This document shows positions 34,263 through 38,630 of a DNA stretch of 38,630 nucleotides, in pieces; the stretch's first letter is position 1, and every line of letters starts with the position of its first letter. A program made the position numbers and the translations under genes. The stretch spans positions 1-38,630 of IMG/VR virus record IMGVR_UViG_3300032040_000027. The stretch is one strand, 5' to 3'. The notes beneath the pieces were generated by a model. It was not told the DNA's origin, made no database searches, and saw only the letters and a list, made by a program, of their open reading frames with translations. Source of the DNA: a virus. Its lineage: Duplodnaviria > Caudoviricetes.

Positions 34263-35009
34263 CTAGGTTGCGGCGACGTACGCGAACGCTGCGGATGCGC
34301 CGGTCGCGTTCGTGTCGATGATCGGTGCCGCGCCAGAAACGGTGGCGGGAACGAGCATCGCGAGGGTGTTGTCGTCGTACACGGTGAACTCCAAGACGGC
34401 AGCGCCGTCCATGGCGATACCCGTGGTGCCGGTGAACTTGTAACCGCGGAGAACGATGATCTCGCCCACAGCCGCACCAGACGTCGGGGACACTGACTCG
34501 ATGATCGGCTCACCCGTGCCCGCAATCGGGGACGTGATGTAATCCACGACACCGTTGGAGGTGAACGTGAACTTGTATCCGCCGGATTCTGCGAACCCGG
34601 TCTTCAACGGTGCGACAGACACGGAGAAGTTGCCCTCGATGGCGGGGATGTTCTCATCCTTGCCATCGAACAGTTGGATGTCGACCTTGTTCGCGGCACC
34701 CTTCGCCTTGGCGATGTTGAGCAGGGCAATGAGCCACGCCTGAGCGATCGCGCCGGTTTCGTCGCGGACAGCTTCAACGTCGGTCGTGATGACCCAGTTC
34801 TCGCCGATCTTCTCCATCGACTGTGTGGTCTTGTTGCCGTAGTTCTCCCGCGCCTGGATGACATCAGTGGCAAGACCGTTGATGTTGTTGCAGTCACCAG
34901 AGATGTTCTCGAAAACACCACCACGCTTGACGCGGAGGATCTTCTCATGGGCAAGCTGCAGGCTGCCCTCAGTCTGGGCGGTCGTGTTGTAAAGCGTCTG
35001 ATCGGACAT
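34263..35009 (-). CDS. Major tail protein with C-terminal IPT/TIG Ig-like domain
   Basis: Position; PIIESVSPTSG..G.KFTGTTGI.MDG..F.Y. Confidence 0.85.
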   Translation of the reverse strand: MSDQTLYNTTAQTEGSLQLAHEKILRVKRGGVFENISGDCNNINGLATDVIQARENYGNKTTQSMEKIGENWVITTDVEAVRDETGAIAQAWLIALLNIAKAKGAANKVDIQLFDGKDENIPAIEGNFSVSVAPLKTGFAESGGYKFTFTSNGVVDYITSPIAGTGEPIIESVSPTSGAAVGEIIVLRGYKFTGTTGIAMDGAAVLEFTVYDDNTLAMLVPATVSGAAPIIDTNATGASAAFAYVAAT

Positions 35010-35082
35010 TTTTGCTCCTTGATTGATGGGGGATGCCGGGCATGCCGGCGAACCCCTCCAGAGAGGGGCGGTCTAGGTGTGC

Positions 35083-35523
35083 TCAGGAGAGCGGGCGGCG
35101 ACCCTTGAAGTAGAAGGTTTGCGCGGTCGAGTACCGGCCGTTACTGTCCTTCGTGAAGGTCAGTTGTGAGAACAAAGAAACCCACGACACGTTGAACCCG
35201 GACGGAATGTTCTGCTTGTGATCGAGAGCAGTCGCAAGGTTCCATGCGAGGTTGCGGGCCTGCACCTTCGTGCCTTTGAGTCGGGAGAGGATCTGGATGC
35301 GGTGGGTGAAGTTCGCACGCCCTTCACGGATCGGATCGAGAGTGGTGAGCGCAAGCACGTTGTCGAGAGTGATGGGAAGGTCAGGGCCGGACACGATCGC
35401 GGGCCGTGCGAGTGTCGCCTCGGCGGCGGTGTAGTCGGCGCTGGTCTTGTAGAGGCCAAGTTCGAGGTCATCGAGGTGCTGTGCCAGGCCACGCTCAAAT
35501 AGCACTAGGTAGGAATCAGGCAC
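35083..35523 (-). CDS. Tail terminator
   Basis: GTG start with GGAGG RBS; GLAQHL..G, IQI..R, DSNGRY; position. Confidence 0.75.
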   Translation of the reverse strand: MPDSYLVLFERGLAQHLDDLELGLYKTSADYTAAEATLARPAIVSGPDLPITLDNVLALTTLDPIREGRANFTHRIQILSRLKGTKVQARNLAWNLATALDHKQNIPSGFNVSWVSLFSQLTFTKDSNGRYSTAQTFYFKGRRPLS

Positions 35524-35890
35524 CGCCCGCCTCCTTCGCAACGATCTTTCGCAACTCCTCGACGTTCTGCATCGCAGGATCCTCAAGATATTTGCCCTTG
35601 GCGCCGGGGTTGCTGTCGGTCGAGAAGTTGTATTCGGGGTGCTCGTGCAGGCGTGCAGCCTGCGGGCGGTCATAGACGACCTGCGCACTGATCTCGGAGC
35701 GGTCGGCCAACTGGTTGACGACACCGCCTGAGTTCGACAGGTCGCCGGTGTCGAAGGGGACTTGTACGGACGACAGCGCGAGTAGACGCTCAGCAGACTT
35801 GTTGACGCCGCCCTGCGCACCCATAAGGATTTCTGCGACGACGGCATTGAAGTTGAGAGTGACGGTGACTTGCGAGCTGATGTCATTCAT
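35516..35890 (-). CDS. Neck / tail-completion protein (HK97 gp10-like)
   Basis: VPFDTGDLSNS, YDRPQAARLHE, KYLEDP. Confidence 0.8.
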   Translation of the reverse strand: MNDISSQVTVTLNFNAVVAEILMGAQGGVNKSAERLLALSSVQVPFDTGDLSNSGGVVNQLADRSEISAQVVYDRPQAARLHEHPEYNFSTDSNPGAKGKYLEDPAMQNVEELRKIVAKEAGGA

Positions 35891-36231
35891 GTTGCCCAAA
35901 TCTCCACATGGCTTGGAGTGCGCGGATACTGGAAGAACGCGGAGTCGATGACTTCAGCTTCACGCTCGCGCGCTGTGCCGACGCCTACCGTGACTTTCGA
36001 TGCGGGCAGCACATCATCTGCGGTGAGCAGGACGATGAACGTCGCGGCGGTGATCTCCTGCCCCACTGTGGGGGAGGATGAACGGCGGTCGACCACCAGC
36101 TTCGACTTCTGCTCCACATACGCAGGCACATCAGTCACAGGTGTGGCATAGGTGAGACCCTCAGCGCCTTCCCCAGCGAGGCGGGTGACGATAATGCGGT
36201 GTGGGAGATGCTTCCTGCGCAGGCGAGGCAT
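35887..36231 (-). CDS. Head-to-tail stopper
   Basis: 114 aa, beta-rich; position. Confidence 0.75.
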   Translation of the reverse strand: MPRLRRKHLPHRIIVTRLAGEGAEGLTYATPVTDVPAYVEQKSKLVVDRRSSSPTVGQEITAATFIVLLTADDVLPASKVTVGVGTAREREAEVIDSAFFQYPRTPSHVEIWAT

Positions 36232-36240
36232 GAGCGCTCC

Positions 36241-36660
36241 CTACGAGTGGTAAACGGTCGCGGATATAAGACCCGCATTCGTGAGGATGGTCACAGCAGC
36301 TTCACCGATGCGCTGGACGAGCTTCTCGCGAGGACTGAGACCCTGCTGGGTGCTGCTGGTAGTGCCGAGCGACACAGAGCCGATCTTCACCGCACCCTGT
36401 GCAGCATCAGCACCGTATGGGTCATCGGTTTCTTCCCAGAACTCGACGATCGCGCATGTTGCTTCCATGAACGCATCAGAGATTGTGGCATCCGTGGGGT
36501 AGTCATCGACATCAACGTCGTATCGGGCAAGGCGGGTGAGGCCATCGACTTCGGACGATGCGGAGCGCAACCGTTTGCTGAGCTTCGTCTCGTCGCCATC
36601 GAATGGTTCCTCAGCGAAAGCCCCGTACTCGGCTGCTGTGGCGTACACACGCTGTGCCAT
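36241..36660 (-). CDS. Head-to-tail adaptor
   Basis: YATAAEY, LRSASSEVD, EATCAIVEFW, KIGSVS, LTNAGL. Confidence 0.8.
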   Translation of the reverse strand: MAQRVYATAAEYGAFAEEPFDGDETKLSKRLRSASSEVDGLTRLARYDVDVDDYPTDATISDAFMEATCAIVEFWEETDDPYGADAAQGAVKIGSVSLGTTSSTQQGLSPREKLVQRIGEAAVTILTNAGLISATVYHS

Positions 36661-36663
36661 GGT

Positions 36664-37053
36664 CTATTCCTCGTCGTTGGCAGGGAGGGTCGCGAGGGAC
36701 TTACCGTCACCGATGGTCGTGCCGTCAGACATCTCGACGATCGCGAACGGCCCGGTCTGGCTAGGGTCAGCGTCCGGGAGTGCACCGGTGTAGCCGTCCG
36801 GAGCGGTGAAGCTGCCGTCAGCGTGCGTGGTGACCTGCTCAGCGACTTTCTTGGGCTTCGCGGGCTTGCGCTTGCCGGAACGCTTCTTGGGCTGTACGGG
36901 GCGCTCAGTGTCCTCAATCGTGAAGTTGTGCAGCACGAGCGCTGCACGAACCTCTGGGTGGAGATCAGCAACCTCAGCGAACCCGTCATAGAAGGTCACG
37001 CCGACGAACGTCTGCTTACCGGCCTGCGGGCGCGGATGTGTGATGCGAGCCAT
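36664..37053 (-). CDS. Hypothetical virion-region protein
   Basis: GGAGG RBS; GVTFYDGFAEV motif; Lys-rich linker. Confidence 0.7.
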   Translation of the reverse strand: MARITHPRPQAGKQTFVGVTFYDGFAEVADLHPEVRAALVLHNFTIEDTERPVQPKKRSGKRKPAKPKKVAEQVTTHADGSFTAPDGYTGALPDADPSQTGPFAIVEMSDGTTIGDGKSLATLPANDEE

Positions 37054-37055
37054 GG

Positions 37056-37361
37056 TTAGGCCTCCTCGTAGGTGGCGGCGAAGATGTCGGGCTTGCATGG
37101 GTAGAACTCACCCTGTACGCCCTTGATGATGAAGTCACCCGGGGTGGCGAACATGTCACCCTCGAGCGTGCGAATGCGAATGCGAGCCGGAGCTGCGATG
37201 AGGGCAACTTCTCCGTGCACGCGGATCTCCGTGTCTTCCTCGAAGTAGCGGGCCTTCGCGTTGCTGCCCATCCATGAGATGACGCCGACTGCGCTTGCCT
37301 CGGTGCCGTCGAACTGCATCGCTTCGATGACGACGGGCTTCTTGCGGTACTGCTTGGACAC
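37056..37361 (-). CDS. Conserved phage protein (YRKKPVVIEA / PGD.IIKG type)
   Basis: YRKKPVVIEA..TLEG..PGDFIIKGVQGEFYPCKPDIF..TYE. Confidence 0.85.
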   Translation of the reverse strand: MSKQYRKKPVVIEAMQFDGTEASAVGVISWMGSNAKARYFEEDTEIRVHGEVALIAAPARIRIRTLEGDMFATPGDFIIKGVQGEFYPCKPDIFAATYEEA

Positions 37362-37390
37362 GGGATGCTCCGATCAGAGAGGGAGGGTGG

Positions 37391-37429
37391 TGCGAGGCCG
37401 CGACACAAGGGATGCGCCGCGACCTCGCA
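37391..37429 (-). terminator. Hairpin after capsid gene
   Basis: TGCGAGG.CGCG...CGCG.CCTCGCA stem, no U-tract. Confidence 0.4.
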
Positions 37430-37437
37430 GGGTCGGT

Positions 37438-38630
37438 CTAAACGAAGACCGGGAGTCCACGCAGCTGAGCGTGAGCCTTCTCGTTGCCGTACTCCAAACC
37501 GATCTCGCCGTACAACTGCGAACGAGTCGCAGAGCCGACCTTGGCCAGAGGCTCTTCGAAGAAGTGACCTTGGCCCTCGACTTCGAGGAAGAACGGTGCG
37601 AGCTGCTCAAGCGAAACGATCGCGAGAGCATCCTGCGGGAGCTGGCGGTCCAGCATGATGTTGAGCGTTCCGAAGTCCGTCTCGATCGTGGTGAGGTTCA
37701 CACCACCGACGTTGCGGGTTCCGGCCAGCGGGTCCGACTTCGCGTATGCCGAGGCGTACGTGGCGGTCAGGTTCCGCTTCTGCGAGGAGTTGCACGCGAT
37801 CGTTGCCGAAACAACGTCACCGAGACCACCGTTGTCGTACGCCTTCTGGAACAACCCGTTGTAGGTGTCCAGCGTGGGCGCCGACGTGGAGATCGGGATG
37901 ACCTTCACACCGGTTGCGGTGCCGAGGGTGATGGCCGCGCCGCCAGAGGTAGCGGCAACCTTGAACGAGACCGTCGTGGAGACCGACTCGACAAAGTACA
38001 CCTTGCCAATGACCACCGAGGTGATTGCGTCGCGAGCAGTGAACACGACCTTGTCGCCCACGCTGAGCGCGTGAGTGACAGTGATGACGTTCGTTGCCGT
38101 GGTGGCAGTGAGTTCACCGGAACCGTAGATGACACGGTTGGTGCTGATCGCCTGCAACAGACCACGAGTCTTGCGTGCGGTCGTGTTGTCGACAGGCTTG
38201 TTGTACTCGCCGTTCCAGAACGCGTGGTTCACGTCCTTCGCGACAGCCTTCAGCTCGTTCATGACCTGGTGGTCATGCTCGTTGGCGATCGGGTTTGTGC
38301 CCTCAACACCTGCCGTGCTGGTCTTGTTCTGGGTGCCCTGCTTCGTGTACGAAGTTTCCACCGCAGAGTGGTGAATCTCGGCCACGTTCGTGACGTTTGA
38401 GCGAACACGCGACTGTCCGGCCGGAGCGTTCGCACCCTCAAGCGCAACATTCTGGTCGTTGTCGCGCAAATCCTCGATCTGCCATTCCTTCTCAGTCGAC
38501 TTGACCGAGACACCACCGGTGAGACCACCGATAGCAGAGAGCAGAGGGGTTGCCTCCGGGGTGATCTGGAACAGTTCACCGACGAAGTTGGGCAGGTTGT
38601 ATGTGGTGCCTTGACCGGTAATTCCGGGCA
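37438..38630 (-). CDS. Major capsid protein (first base of ATG just outside window)
   Basis: Frame open to the edge: (M)PGITGQGTTYNLPNFVGELF..TPLLSAIGGLTGG; RKTRGLLQAI; QLYGEIGLEYGNEKAH. Confidence 0.9.
   Translation of the reverse strand, partial: PGITGQGTTYNLPNFVGELFQITPEATPLLSAIGGLTGGVSVKSTEKEWQIEDLRDNDQNVALEGANAPAGQSRVRSNVTNVAEIHHSAVETSYTKQGTQNKTSTAGVEGTNPIANEHDHQVMNELKAVAKDVNHAFWNGEYNKPVDNTTARKTRGLLQAISTNRVIYGSGELTATTATNVITVTHALSVGDKVVFTARDAITSVVIGKVYFVESVSTTVSFKVAATSGGAAITLGTATGVKVIPISTSAPTLDTYNGLFQKAYDNGGLGDVVSATIACNSSQKRNLTATYASAYAKSDPLAGTRNVGGVNLTTIETDFGTLNIMLDRQLPQDALAIVSLEQLAPFFLEVEGQGHFFEEPLAKVGSATRSQLYGEIGLEYGNEKAHAQLRGLPVFV

Overview
Nearly complete genome of a temperate, GC-rich actinobacterial siphovirus; a Microbacteriaceae-like host is inferred from gene style only. 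The window starts inside the portal gene and ends 1 nt short of the major capsid ATG, so the portal 3' end and any scaffold or minor-head genes lie outside it. Almost all genes are on the minus strand. The early operon runs Cro/Xis-like HTH, BRO antirepressor, AAA ATPase, YqaJ exonuclease, RecT/Bet, RusA, SNF2-helicase/N4-N6 methylase fusion, C5 methylase, HNH, replication initiator, Arr-like ADP-ribosyltransferase, SSB and mosaic small genes. It is followed by TerS, TerL and portal. The late region holds capsid, head-tail and tail genes, tape measure, an amidase endolysin and holin-like genes. Plus-strand genes are the repressor, a tyrosine integrase, a lipoprotein and a secreted Pro-rich protein. 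The clearest system is an integration-dependent immunity switch: attP (3' half of tRNA-Thr) lies inside the repressor ORF, and both repressor and integrase end in ssrA-like LAA tags. Candidate undescribed features include a shared RNA-hairpin leader on two free-standing HNH genes, a 64-nt apparent coding gap at the start of a minor tail gene, a 25-aa CxxC micropeptide after the holin, a structured late leader RNA, and a beta-rich insertion in the capsid protein. All family assignments come from motif recognition by eye, not from database searches.
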